DNA of 64,000 bases from Narcine bancroftii (lineage: Eukaryota). A program made the position numbers and the translations under genes. The notes below the pieces were generated by a model. It made no database searches and was not told where the DNA came from. It worked only from the letters and a program-made list of their open reading frames with translations. The stretch is taken from the NCBI RefSeq assembly GCF_036971445.1, contig NC_091469.1:219170001-219234000 (forward strand), read 5' to 3'. This document shows positions 37,341 to 50,335 of this stretch, in pieces (the first letter of the stretch is position 1; every line of letters begins with the position of its first letter).

Positions 37341-37954
37341 AACCCTGTTGGCTAATAGTTCAAGGTTACAGTGATTGTCACTGTGGCATGTACACGGCTG
37401 GTTCACTCCCTTTCGAAAGTGACAGATCAGATTATAGCTAACTTAGAAGACCTCGATCTCTTGGATGCATTTTTGCCCTCAAGCAGATGGAAGTAGAATG
37501 GCCCTAAGAAAAACTCCAATGAGCTTTTTGTTTCTCTGTAGATGTGATTGGTGGCTTGCTGAGTTGCTGAGTTTTGTCTTCTTTGGTATCCCAAGAAATC
37601 TGCATAGAATTGGTGATCCACTTAAGCATCATAAATGCAAAGAATTCTCCTTTATTGTGAATTTATGCTATTCTTTGAGTGTGAATCAATTCACAGTAGA
37701 GCAGCAAGTAGGCATTTCACGGGGATTGAAATTTCTAAGTTGCATTCTACATCACATGCAAAGACATGTATGACCAAAAGTAATGTTATGTGACCATATT
37801 TTGTTTTAATTTTTACCCTCTAAGTAATCTTATATTGCTTTAAATACAATTGAATTTCAACAATGCAGTCTTTTAGATCCTTTTCAAAAATTTGTTTTTC
37901 CTTGTAGTATTCTTAAAATAGAAAAATCTTGTTTCAGAAGTGGAGGAAAATTCA

Positions 37955-38552
37955 TTAGTTGGGGGATTGAGTTCATCAGTAGAGAGGTCATGTTGCAACT
38001 CTACAAATCTCTGGTAAGACCACACTTCTGGTCACCCCATTACTGGAAGGATGTGGTAGCTATGGAGAGGATGTAGAGGAGATTCATCAGGATGTTGCCT
38101 GGATTTGAGAACCTGTCTTATGAGGCAAGGTTAACAGAGCTGGGACTTTTTGCTTTGGAGTGAAGAAGGATGAGAGGTGACTTAAATAGAGGTCTACAAG
38201 ATTCTGAGAGGCATAGATAAGGTAGACAACTGGCATCTCTTTCCCAGGATGGGGGTAGCACACATCAGAGGACATATGTACAAAATGAAAGGAGGAACAT
38301 TTAGGGGAGACATCAGGAGTAAGTTATTTTTTACACAGAGATTTGTGGGTGCTTGGAATGCCCCTTGCCAGGGATGGTGGTGGAGGCTGAAACATTAGGG
38401 GCATTTAAGAAACTCTTAGACAGGCACATGGATGAAAGAAAAAAATAAGGTTACGAGATAGGAAGGGTTTCTTTTTTTGGGTAACAATATATTGGTCGAC
38501 ACAACACTGAGGGCCGAATGGCCTGTACTGTGCTGTGATGTTCTATGTTCTA
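37955..38552 (+). mobile_element. CR1-clade LINE 3' end
   Basis: CR1 C-terminal motifs and tail 'gggccgaatggcctgtactgtgctgtgatgttctatgttct'. Confidence 0.88.
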
Positions 38553-39382
38553 AAATTTAAATTTTGATTTACTTTGTCCAGTCACTTTAATAGAACAAGC
38601 AATGAGACACAGAGTACACTTACTTGTCTGGTCTCACACTAGTTTTGATTGCAGGTTGAACAGTCAATGTTTGCAGTCAGTTGGCATTGAGGTTAATCAT
38701 AGGCCAGTTGTGTTTATGTTTGGGTAATACCAGCTTAAACTCTGTGACTACTACTCTCAGCTTTACTGAAGACATTTTCTCCATTTACAATAACAGAAAA
38801 ATATCCCAGAATCATGACCAATTAGTTACTAATGAGTAGCCCTCCTAATGAGAACCAAATGCAGTAGCATGCTGTGTACAATGTATCTCTGTAAAATCCA
38901 CAAATGGTAATAGTTGAGCAATTAGTCAAAATGAGAGAGTGAGGGAGAGAAATTTTGATAATTATTTACACATGTGTGTAATGATTGTGAAACTCAAGAC
39001 CCATGTTAAAGAAGAATGAGCAACAAATGTCAAAATTAAATTACCATGCAAGGTCACAAGGAGGCAAGGACTGAACACATGGGTAACCGGTATTTTACAT
39101 GGAAAAAGGCAATAAATTGTTATTTGGCGCACTTTGTTCCCATTTTCATGATTTAATGCTTGATTGAATTGCCTTTGATTTCTAACTAAAAGATCCCATT
39201 TTAAAGTACCCTGCAAACAATTCACCCCTTAACAATTCTTCAATTGGATTCCTCTCTTATTCCTGAACCAAAAAGATAGCATTATAAAATTCTACAAGAA
39301 AATGCCATTTGTTGCTCAGAAAAATGAAAAGAGATCAAAGAAATTTGGCTGTAGGCTGTTTCAATCAATTGTTTTCTTCTAG

Positions 39383-39694
39383 ATCTCTTGGTGCCTGCCA
39401 CATTGACCACCGCCAGTGGGCTGATCTCGCCTCAAACCGTGCATCTTGGCGCCTCACAGTTTGGTGGGCAACAACCTCCTTTGAAGAAGACCGCAGAGCC
39501 CACCTCACTGACAAAAGACAAAGGAGGAAAAACCCAACACCCAACCCCAACCAACCAATTTTCCCCTGCAACCGCTGCAATCGTGTCTGCCTGTCCCGCA
39601 TCGGACTTGTCAGCCACAAACGAGCCTGCAGCTGACGTGGACTTTTACCCCCTCCATAAATCTTCGTCCGCGAAGCCAAGCCAAAGAAAGAAAA
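39383..39694 (+). mobile_element. RTE-clade LINE 3' end
   Basis: SLGACHIDHRQWADLASNRASW...CNRCNRVCLSRIGLVSHKRACS, followed by the ...gcgaagccaagccaaagaaag tail. Confidence 0.93.
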
Positions 39695-40714
39695 GATGTT
39701 TTGAAATATTATCAAAACATTTAAAATAATTACCAAATAATTTTCTTATTAATGGTAAGTATGGGAAAGTCTTCAAGAATGTTAATATTTGTGAATTAAA
39801 AATGTAATTGTATTGCTTTGTTGTAATATTTCCTAAAGGAATGAAACACATGTTCTTTGAATTCCATCTGTGTAGATTATATGGTAACTATGTGCAGATG
39901 GTGTTGATTCTAGGGGACAGGTTGCTGGATGCAAGAAGTATGTTTTGGTTATTTTAGCAAGATTTATTGCAGTGGTCACAGGTAACTACTTCAATGTTAA
40001 TGATAATTGCTGTTAATACTTAAAACAAAACAATGATTGAAGGTTAAAACAACCAAATGGCTATTTCTCCGACATGTGCTGAAAACACATCATTGCAAAG
40101 GTATGTTCTTAATATTCATCAATTGTAACAAAGTTTGTCAAAAAATTTAAATTCCATTTTTTGATCATTTTAATGATGTTGATTTTAACATAACTTAAGG
40201 ATTAGAAAATTTGGCTAATATCATCTTAATCTAATGCCGTATTTGATGCATCTAAAAATCTCATTAAGGACAGGATCTGCGATCATTCGGACCATGTATG
40301 GAGACCAAAAACGGTGGAAAATATTAAAAGAGAGCTAACACAATTGTGCTGAAGTATTTGGGATAGGAATTGATTTTCCATTTAGTAGTGATTGCACAGA
40401 AAATAAAATAAGGAAATTGACAATTTAAAGTTACGAGTCTGTGTTGCATTCATTCTCCAGATTATACACACACAAAAAAACAAATCCTTGTTCCATGAGC
40501 TCATCTTGCCCCAGTCTCCACATTGGATTTTCTTCAACTACTGTATTTCCAAAATCTGCTTGATTGTATTTGTTGGAATCCTTTAAGCATACACGAACCA
40601 GGTACACATTGTTAGTTGTCTGCTCCATCTACTATTTTGTATAGCTGAGATGGCAGTTTTTTTGAGGTGGCTACATCGTTCCCTCATGTAAATAATGACA
40701 AAATAACATTTCTT

Positions 40715-40858
40715 NNNNNNNNNNNNNNNNNNNNNNNNNNNNNNNNNNNNNNNNNNNNNNNNNNNNNNNNNNNNNNNNNNNNNNNNNNNNNNNNNNNNNN
40801 NNNNNNNNNNNNNNNNNNNNNNNNNNNNNNNNNNNNNNNNNNNNNNNNNNNNNNNNNN
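40715..40858. other. Assembly gap (144 N)
   Basis: Run of n. Confidence 1.
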
Positions 40859-42095
40859 TTTTGAGAAGAACTTATTTAAATGGTTATGCCACTTAGGGTA
40901 CTCTATCTTGGAAGAAAATGATTGTTCAGACTCCATGAAGTGCTCTACCATTGTCTGCAGAACTGTGCAGTGGTTCCTCGAGTCATTAAATACGATTCAT
41001 AAAACAAGCACGATGATGTGGTGGGGATGCAATGATGGTAAGTAAATCTGTGCCATCTGCTACAGAACCTTTTACAAACTGCTGCTGAAGGTCACAACCA
41101 TTTTCAAATTCGATAACTCCATCTGCTTTTGTGCAGCCATAGGGGACGTCTGCAGCATCAGATAATCGATCGTGCACAAATACATCTAGCAGGACACTGA
41201 TGCTTTGTTCAACTGGGAAAATGCCTTTATCACCTTCCCAAAGGAAAAAAAAAACACTAGAAAGGGAAAACAGAAGATTACAATTGTTCTGAATTGCAAG
41301 ATTTTCCCAAGTCTGGCGCATTATTGATATTACCCTGCACTCATCAAGGCTCTTTGGTTTCTTATAAAGCTGTTCAGAAACTGTAAACGACCCCTGGAAC
41401 AATGTCCAAATGTTCAGCAAGTTAACAACCACTTGCAAGGAAGCATAGTGATTTTATCAGTTTATGTTGGGAATTGTGGAAAGGAAACTGGAATCAGTGG
41501 CTGAGGGATGAATCTCTTTAACATCGTGACTGAAAGCCACATGGGGAAAATAAAATGAGGACCATACCCTGGCCGTGGATAATTAGTGCTGTTGCGAATG
41601 CAGATAAGGTAGGTGAGGAATCCAATAATTTTTTAAGAGACATTGCAAATCTCTATTGATACTGCCTGTTCTGGTTGGCTGAAGAAGAACATTGTTGTCC
41701 AGTTGCAGCGAAGATTCAACCTGCCCCTTCTTAAAAGTCTCTGAAGGGGGTATATTTGGACTGCAAAGCTCTTCCTTTCAAGCATGTTATCAGAAAATAT
41801 GACACAAATTGGTTAAATGGAGGTAAAGCAGTTGCCATGTTTGGGTAGACAAGGAAGACCCTGAAAGGCAGAAGGTTTAAGATAATATTCATTAAGATGT
41901 GACAATTAAAATCTACTAAATATTTTAATAATTCACTCACTAAGCCCATAATATTAATGATGCCCAGCGTCAATGTGGTTACCAAAATCTCAACCCCTGT
42001 GCATCTTCCTCTTTTGCTCTACCTGTACAGTTCAAGCATTTAGACTCTAAGTTCTGGACTTCTCACTTGAAATCTCACTGCTGATTTCTTCCTTT

Positions 42096-43430
42096 AAGTC
42101 AAATTTATTATCATCTGATTGCACAAGTACAACCCGACGAAACAGCGTTCTCTGGTCCTCAGTGCAAAACATTCAGACACACAACCAGACATAGCACATA
42201 CATATGCAAGGCAAGTATTCGTAGATATAAATAAATGTCCATTTGTAAATATGAGATGGTTAGTGTAAGCAGTACTTTTGGTAGCTCAGCATTCTCCCTG
42301 CCTGTGGGAAGAAGCTGTTTCTTAGCCTGGTGGTGTTAGCTCTGATACTCTTGTACTGATACTCCCCGATGGGAGCAGCTGAAAGATGTCGTGTGCAGGA
42401 TGGAAGGGGCCCTCAATGATCTTATGCGCCCTCTTCAGACAACAATCCCGTTAGATCATGATGATGAAGCGGAAGGAGGATCCAGTGATCCTCTCTGCCA
42501 CTCTTATAGTCCTGTGGATTGACCTCCTCATTTCTCATTTCTCTGCAGCAACCGTACCATAATGTGATGCAGCTGGCCAGGATGCTCTCAATAGAGCTCC
42601 TGTAGAAGATTGACATCATGGTGGCTGCTAGCCCTGTCCCCTTTAATCCTCTCAGGAAGTGCAGTCACTGTTGCACCTTTCTGACAAGTGAGGAGATGTT
42701 GAGAGTCCACGATAGGTCACGAGTTAAGTGAACTCCAAGGAACTCTCCACTCTCTCCACTGTAGAGTTATTGATGAGTAGTGGAGGGTGGTCACTCCTGG
42801 TCCTCCTGATGTGCATGAACACCTCCTTCAACTTGAGACTCAGGTTGCTAACCTTGGCACTGTACAACAAGATTTTCCACCTCTGCTCTGAAGAGTTACT
42901 CATCGTTGTTGCTGATGAGGCCAACTGCTATTGTGTCATCTGAAAACTTGATGACACTGTTGGAGCTGGATCTGGCAGTGCAGTCGTGGGGCAGTAGAGT
43001 GGGCTGAGCACACAGGTCTGGAGTATGCTAGTGTTCAATGTGATGTTGATAGACTTTCTGCTACCAACCTGAACAGACTGTGGTCTTTTCATTAGGAAAT
43101 TCACAAGCCAGTTAGAGGGAAGGGTGTTAAGTTCCAGTGAGGACAGCTTCTCCACCAGCCTCTGGTTAATGTCCGTATTAAAAGCCGAGCTGAAGTTGAT
43201 GAACAGCAGCCTGGTGCATGAGGCATCATTCTCCAGGTGGGTCAAGACAGAGTGAAGGGGCAAGGCTAGAGCATTATCAATTGAATGATTTCTTCTACAA
43301 GCAAATTGAAATGGAAAAAGTGTCTCGGGGATATGTGCTTTCATGCTTTCTATCACCAGACATTAGAAGCATTTCTTACTGGTGGAGGTCAGTGCCACAG
43401 AGTGGTAGCCATTGAAGCCTGTTATTGTCA
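42096..43430 (-). mobile_element. Rex1/Babar-clade LINE RT and 3' end
   Basis: ORF 42928-43356 (PFQFACRRNHSIDNAL..LHSVLTHLE...LLFINFSSAFNT) and ORF 42422-42619 (FYRSSIESILASCITLWYG). Confidence 0.9.
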
Positions 43431-43464
43431 GAACCTCTTCAAAAGTGTGATCAAATGTTTGGGA

Positions 43465-46066
43465 ACTTCTAATTCCTAAAACTTACAGGAATTAAATATT
43501 AAAGTTGGCTCATAATACACCTTTGGGAGGTCATCTTGGAGTGAAGAAGATGGTAGAAAAGATAAGGAAACAGTTTCATTGGCTGAAAATAAGAAAGGAT
43601 GTTGTGAACTTTTGTAGAACCTGTCACACTTGTCAACTGGTGGGCAAGCCTAATCAAGGACCACCAGTGGCACCTTTACAACCCATCCCTGCTTTCGGGG
43701 ACCCTTTCTCAAAAGTAATAGTGGATTGTCCTGGCCCATTGCCAAAAACCAAAGAGGGAAATTAATATTTGTTAACACTCATAGCTTCAAGGTTTCCAGA
43801 GGCTATTCCCCTGAGAAACATTAAAGCAAAGAAGATTGTGAAGGCTATGCTAAAATTTTTCACACTGTTTGGCCTACCAAGGGAAATTCACTCAGACCAA
43901 GGGAGTAACTTTATGTTTGGAATATTTCAACAGGTGGTGTATGAATTGGGAGCCCATCAAATTGTGTCATCTGCCTATCATCCTGAAAGTCAAGGGGCCT
44001 TGGAAAGGTTCCTTTTAACTGTGAAAAATATGATGAGTGCTTATTGCATGGATATTAAAAAGGATTGGGATGAAGGAATCCATTTGTTATTGTTTGCTGT
44101 TAGAGAGGTAACTCAGGAGTCTCTTGGATTTAGTCCATTTGAGTTGGTGTTTGGTCATGAAGTCAAGGGTCCGTTACTATTGTTGAAGGAACAGTGGATA
44201 CATAATAATATACAATCAAATCTGTTGGATTATGTTTCAAAATTTAAAAACAGATTACATCAGGCTTGCGAGATGGCAAGGAAAAATTTAAAAACTACTC
44301 AGGGAAAAATGAAAATTTGGTACGATCAAAAAGCAAAAATTAGGGACATTAAACCTGGCGACAAAGTATTTGCTTTGTTTCCAATGCAGTCAAACCCTTT
44401 GAGAGCTCAGTTTTCAGGACCATATAAGGTGAAATCAAAAATTAACCAGCTCACCTATGTCATTAAGACGCCTGATCGTCGAAGAGAGACACAGGTCTGT
44501 CACGTGAACATGCTTAAACCTTACTTTGAGAAAATGATTGAGGGGAGACTAGGATTCCAATGAAGGTGCTAGTTATAGAGGAAAGTAAGGAGGAGATAGG
44601 TTTCGTGGAAGGTCATGAATCACAGAAAGTGATAAGCTCCAGGCTGGAAAATTCCATAGTTTTGCAAAACTTAGAAACCAAGTTAATGCATTTGAATAAA
44701 TCAGAAAGGGAAGAAATGAAGACATTACTTATGAAATTTAAGGATATATTCCCAGATGTTCCAAGAATAACTACTGTGGCTTGTCATGATGTGGAGGTCT
44801 GTGATGCTAAATCTATTAAGCAGCATCCTTACCGAGTTAATCAGGAAAAGGGCAAATTGTTGGATCAAGAGGTGGATTATATGCTCAAAAATGACATAAT
44901 CCGAAAATCAAGTTCAAAATGGAATTCACCCTGTGTTCTGGTGCCTAAGCTAGATGGCTCAATTAGGTTATGTATAGATTATAGAAAGGTAAACATGGTG
45001 ACAAAGACTGATGCCTTCCCTATCCTCAGAGTAGATGATTGTATAGGTAAGGTGGGAAAGGCTAAATTTTTACAAAGATTGATCTCTTAAAAGGATACTG
45101 GTGTGTTCCTTTGACAGAGAGAGTCAGGGAGATTTCTGCATTTGTTATACCTTTGGAATTGTATGAGTATAATGCTATGCCTTTTGGGATGAAAAATGCA
45201 CTTGGCACATTTCAGAGAATGATTAATGCAGTAATTCAGGGTTTGGAGCACACAGGAGCCTATATCAATGATTTAGTAATTAGTACGGATACATGGGAAG
45301 AACACATGTTTGAATTAGAGCAGTTATTTCGGAGACTGGTGGAAGCACACCTCACAGTGAATTTGCACAAGAGTGAGTTTGGACATGCCACTATAATTTA
45401 TCTGGGTTTTGTGGTAGGACTGTGACAGGTGGCACCGGTTGGAGCTAAAGTATTGGCTATCACTGTGTTCCCTATCCCCGGTAACGAGAAAGCTCTTCGG
45501 AGATTTCTAGGTATGATTGGCTGCTATTGTAGATTTTGTAAAAACTTTGCAGAAATTGCACTCCCGTTAACAAAACTACTTGGAAAGAAAGAAAAAATGA
45601 TCTGGTCAGATGCATGTCAGGAAGCATTTCTGAAGTTAAAGGCCATTTTATGCTATCAGTCTGTATTTGTGTCCCCTAACTTTGAAAAGCCATTCTCTTT
45701 AGCCATGGATGCCAGTGATGAAGCGTTGGCATTGTACTGTTACAGAAGAAGGATGGTAATGGAGTAGAACATCCTATTTTGTACTTCTCAAAAAAGTTTA
45801 ACGACCATCAATGAAATTACTCGTCCATTGAGAAGGAGTTATTAGCGCTTGTTTTGGCATTGCAACATTTTGATGTGTACATTTGTACTGCTCGAAAACC
45901 ATTAATAATATATACTGATCATAATCCATTAGTTTTTCTGTCTAAATGAAAAATAAGAACAGATGGTTATTGAATTGGAGCTTAATGTTACAAGAGTATG
46001 ACTTAATTATTACACACATAAAGGGGATGGATAACACAATAGCAGATTGTTTGTCAAGATGTTAAT
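43465..46066 (+). pseudogene. pol: pol (IN-RT-RH) of the Gmr1-type element, with several stops and frameshifts
   Basis: AHNTPLGGHLG...CRTCHTCQ; RFPEAIPL...SDQGSNF...YHPESQGALER; IKQHPYR...CIDYRKVN; MPFGMKNA...YINDLV; DASD...YTDHNPL. Confidence 0.9.
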
Positions 46067-46187
46067 CTGGGTAGATATGAATCTAATCACATGCTGTTAA
46101 AAATGGAGTGTTTATTTTATTTATGTAATACTTCCATTAATTGTTAAAAATTTGTTCTTGTGGACCAATTTTTTTTAGCAGGGGAGG

Positions 46188-46877
46188 TGTTACAGAGTTT
46201 TGTGTCATGTATTGGCCTATGTGTTATGTGGTTTTGTGTTGAAAAGTGACAGTTTGCCTTAGAGAGCCAAGGGAGAGTGGGAGACAGACTGAGCATGTAC
46301 AGAAAATGAAAAAGATTTCTGGACTTGGATGATAAACCACCCCTGGGGGTGCTGTGGAGTGGAAGGTGGCCCAAAAACATGAGTCATGGACTGGAGGACA
46401 GTTTAGAATGTTGGGATTTCAAAAAGGGATGAACATTCCGAAGGCAGCCAGAAGGATCTGGACCAAGCCAGTTGTTCCTCCCTCTGCAAGCAACACAAGA
46501 AGACAACTTCAAATTTTGTGCTCTCTCTCTCTCAAAGATCTTTTAGCTTCAGTTTACCAAACACACTGAATTTTGTTTATGATCTTTGCTTCGGTTGAGA
46601 TCGAAGTTTTGTGAGTCTTGTGTATTTTGTGTCTAAGTTTTTCTGTGGGCTGGTTGGAAATATAACTTAGACTTTAATTACATATGTAATATTTAGGCTG
46701 GGGAATTTATTAGTTTTACACTGTTATAGAAATTTGCATAGTAACCAGTGGGCATTGTTACAAAAGGGGGGTTTTTGAATTAAAGTTTGAAGGTGAATTT
46801 TTGTTAATAAATTAATTGTCCATATTTACCCCTGTGTGATAAACCTTCTTTGTGGTTGCTGATTTGATCTTGTAACA
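46188..46877 (+). repeat. 3' LTR of the Gmr1-type element
   Basis: Follows PPT agcaggggagg; terminal inverted repeats tgttaca...tgtaaca; AATAAA at 46805. Confidence 0.82.
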
Positions 46878-46989
46878 ATACACAGAAATAATCAATTATT
46901 TATAAAGCAGCAAGAATATTATCATTGTTTTGTAGATTGCTCTTAATCTACTCTTGAGAAGGTCAAAATCATAGAATAAATTGGACAAT

Positions 46990-48985
46990 CGAATTGTGAT
47001 GGTACCAATGTGGCTAACAAACTAAGTGAAGGCCAAGATGAAAGCAAAGGGGAGGGCATACAAGGAAGCAAAAGTGGGAAATCAGAGGACTGGGATTTCT
47101 TTAGAAAGTTTCAGAAAGAAATAAAGTCATAAGGAAAGAAAAGATGAGTTGTGAAAGGAGATTGGCAAACAATATAAAAAAAAACTAAGAATTTAAAAAA
47201 TATATAAAGAATAAAAGAGAGATACTTATTGACAGAGGACTGATAGAAAACAAAGCTAGGGAAACTATAGTGGGTTACAAAGATATGCCAGAAGAATTAA
47301 ATACATATTTTACGTCTGTATTCACTGTGGAATATATTAGTGATATCCCTGACAGATAGAGGCTTCAGGGAGTAGAGTTGGATACAGTTAAGATGACTCA
47401 AGAAATTGTGCTAGGTAAATTGAATGGATTAAAGATAGACAAATCTCCCGGACCGGATGAGGTACACCCATGGCTTTGGAGATTGTGGATCCATTGGTCA
47501 CAAACTTCCAGAAATCAATAGTCTCAGGCATGGTTCCAGGGGATTGGAAGGTTGCAAATGTGTTTCCACTGTACAAGAAAGGTGGAAAGCAGAAAAAAAG
47601 GGAACTATAGACCTATATGTCTGACGTCGGTGGTGAAGGAGATATTAGAGTCAATCATCAAGGTTGAAGTTATGAAATACCTGGAAATGCCTGACAGGAT
47701 TGGTCCTAGTCAGCATGGTTTTTTAAAGGGTAGATCCTGCCTGACCAACATATTAGAGTTTTTTGAAAAAATCTCAGGTAGGATAGACAAAGGGGAGGCT
47801 GTGCATGTTATATATTTGGATTTTCAAAAGGCTTTCGATAAGGTTCCGCATGTTAGGCTGATAAATAAAATGAAGGCCCATTGAATTACAGGGATGCTAT
47901 TAGACTGGATAGAAAATTGGCTGATAGGCAGAAGGCAAAGGGTTGAAATTAAGGGATCCCATTCAGAATGGCTGCCTGTAACAAGTGGTATTCTGCAAGG
48001 TTTGGTCTTGGGGCCGCTGCTGTTTACAATTTATATTAATGATTTGGATTGTGGAATGAATGGTTTTCTGGCCAAATTTGTGGATGACACCAAGATAAGT
48101 GGCGGAGCAGGAAATGTTGAAGAAACCTTAAAATTGCAGAGGGATATAGACAGATTGGGAGATCGGGCAAAAATATGGCAGATGAAGTACGATGTGGAGA
48201 AGTGTTTGGTTTTACATTTTGACAGTGGAAATAAACAGGCTGAAAACTATCTGGATGGGGAAAAAATTCAATCCTCGGAGGTGCAAAGAGACCTGGGCAT
48301 CCTTGTGCAGAGTAACCTAAAAGTTAATGCCCAGGTGGGATTGGGAGTGAAGAAGGCGAATGCTATGCCAGCATTCATTTAAAGAGGAATAATGTATAAG
48401 AGTAGAGAGGTGTTAATGAGGCTCTATGGACATTGGTGAGACCCCCATCTACTGTGTACAGTTTTGAGCCCCCTATCTTAGAAAATATGTGATGTTGTTG
48501 CAGAAGGTGCAGAGGAGATGAATCCTGGAATGCAGGGGCTGGAGTATGGGAAACATTTGGCAGCTCTTGGGTTGTATTCATTGGAGTGTAGGAGGGTGAG
48601 GGGGGAACTCATAGAGACATTTCAAATATTGAAAGGTTTCAACAGAGTGAATGTGGATGTTTCCCTTGATGGATGAATAGAGGACAAGGGGTCTTAGTCT
48701 TTAATTAGTTATCCATTCAAAACAGAGAGGAGGAGGAACTTCTATAGTCAGAGGGTGATGGATCTGTGGAACTCACTGCTGCATAAAGCAATAGAGGCCA
48801 GATCATTGAGAGTATTTAAACAGGAAATGGATAGGTATCTCATTAGTAAGGGTATCAAGGGATTATGGGGAAAAGGCTGGAAAATGGAACTAGATGTGAG
48901 AATCTTTCAGCTTAGTGCATAGTCACGGAACAGACCTGATGGGCCTAGTGACCTCCTTCTGTTCCTTAATCTTGTGATCTTGTGA
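46990..48985 (+). mobile_element. CR1-clade LINE ORF2 RT and 3' UTR
   Basis: KSPGPD, GNYRPICLTSVV, SQHGFLKGRSCLTN, YLDFQKAFDKVPH, SGILQGLVLGPLLF, KFVDDTK; tail 'cttgtgatcttgtga'. Confidence 0.93.
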
Positions 48986-49935
48986 ATAGCACAAGGAGAA
49001 CAATCGGTCCATCAAGTAGCTATCTGCTGCAAATGATACTTAGAAGGCTCACATGAAAATAAATTGCAATTGTATCACACCATTTGTGTGCCAAATTACT
49101 CTGTTGTAAAGATCTGTGTTAATCTCAACCCTTTTGCTGGTACTGATGCAGTTAAGCCTGGATGGTTATGGGATCAGGCCACATGGTGAAACGAGCAGAG
49201 AATGTAAAAAGCCATTTCAGAGTATTATATAGGCAAGCCCACATTTAAAGAAGAATTGAAGGTGAAACTTCATATTTTCTGCTTTATTTTGATGAAGGAT
49301 CCTCTAACTTTATATAAGATTCTGTGAAGTCTCTAACTGTTAATGTACCTAGGAATAGCAATTCAATTCAGGCCTATCCTTAATAAAACCATAATCCTGC
49401 AGGCTTCTAACTGAATGTGAGACCAGAAAGAGATGTCCAAAATCACTTCCTCTTTTTGCCCTCCTATTGAGTTAACTTATGGTTAAAAAGGGGAAGACTG
49501 GTGATGTCTGGATTGAAAATATATTGGATAGATGGAAGCAATGATAACATTGAAGGATGGAAAAGACCAAATTGGAAAAATTGAGCCTTGATGTTATGAA
49601 AGTATGGTTCATGAAATTATAGATAATAATTGGAAATAAATTGGTATTTGGATTAGGTAAGAATTCTATGGGATTGCTACACTCCTGTTCAACCTTTGAA
49701 ATCTTCTCAATCCTCAATTTTATAAGGATGGATTTACCAATGTATGTACCTACCATGGAGTTGCACTCAACAAAATGTCTCATTATGAAATTGAGTATAT
49801 TCCCAAATTTTCTTTCCATTGATAGAGGATCCACAGAAAGCTTGTTATGGTTTACCAACATGCATTCCTGACAAATTACTTTTGTTAACTTGACCAAAAT
49901 CATCAGTAGTCCTTAGTCTTTTATTAGTTTGCTTT

Positions 49936-50335
49936 AACCATAACCATATAACCATTTACGGAGTGGAAACAGGCCATGTTGGCCTTTCGAGTCCGCACCG
50001 GTTCACTGATTTTGTGCGCCCTCTTCAGGCATTAGTCCCGGTAGATCTTCAATAACGATGGGCGAATTCAATGCAGGTGGAATCAGTCGTAGAAATGTTT
50101 GTAAAACGTGCAGTGCAATACTTCTGGGCACATTCAATACAGGGTCAACTAGTCCGAGAAATGTTTGTGAAATGCATCTTGATTGATTTTATCTATCAGT
50201 ATCCAACCACCAGATGTCAAACTAACATGTCTGCAGTTCATCCTCCAGGCTCATCTGTGCCAAGAAGCAAAGGGCAAAGACATAACCCAATGTTGCAACA
50301 AATCTAGAGATTAACTTCATTGAACAATTTGATAG
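49936..50335 (-). mobile_element. Unclassified element with a CR1/SINE-type 3' tail
   Basis: Minus-strand end '...ggccaacatggcctgtttccactccgtaaatggttatatggttatggtt' joined to a non-CR1, CpG-retaining body. The far boundary is uncertain. Confidence 0.45.

Larger units (their letters stand above)
43465..46877 (+). mobile_element. Gmr1-type Gypsy LTR retrotransposon (IN before RT), 5'-truncated
   Basis: HHCC zinc finger (43505-43765), integrase core plus GPY/F motif (43769-44563), then RT (44560-45425) and RNase H (to ~46065), PPT and 3' LTR. Confidence 0.9.

Noticed and set aside
40986-41438. 150-aa minus-strand ORF in unique DNA next to the gap
   Set aside because: No recognisable domain, a non-ATG start and a T-homopolymer-encoded FFF; neighbouring frames are closed. 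It cannot be supported as a gene or viral fragment without a search.
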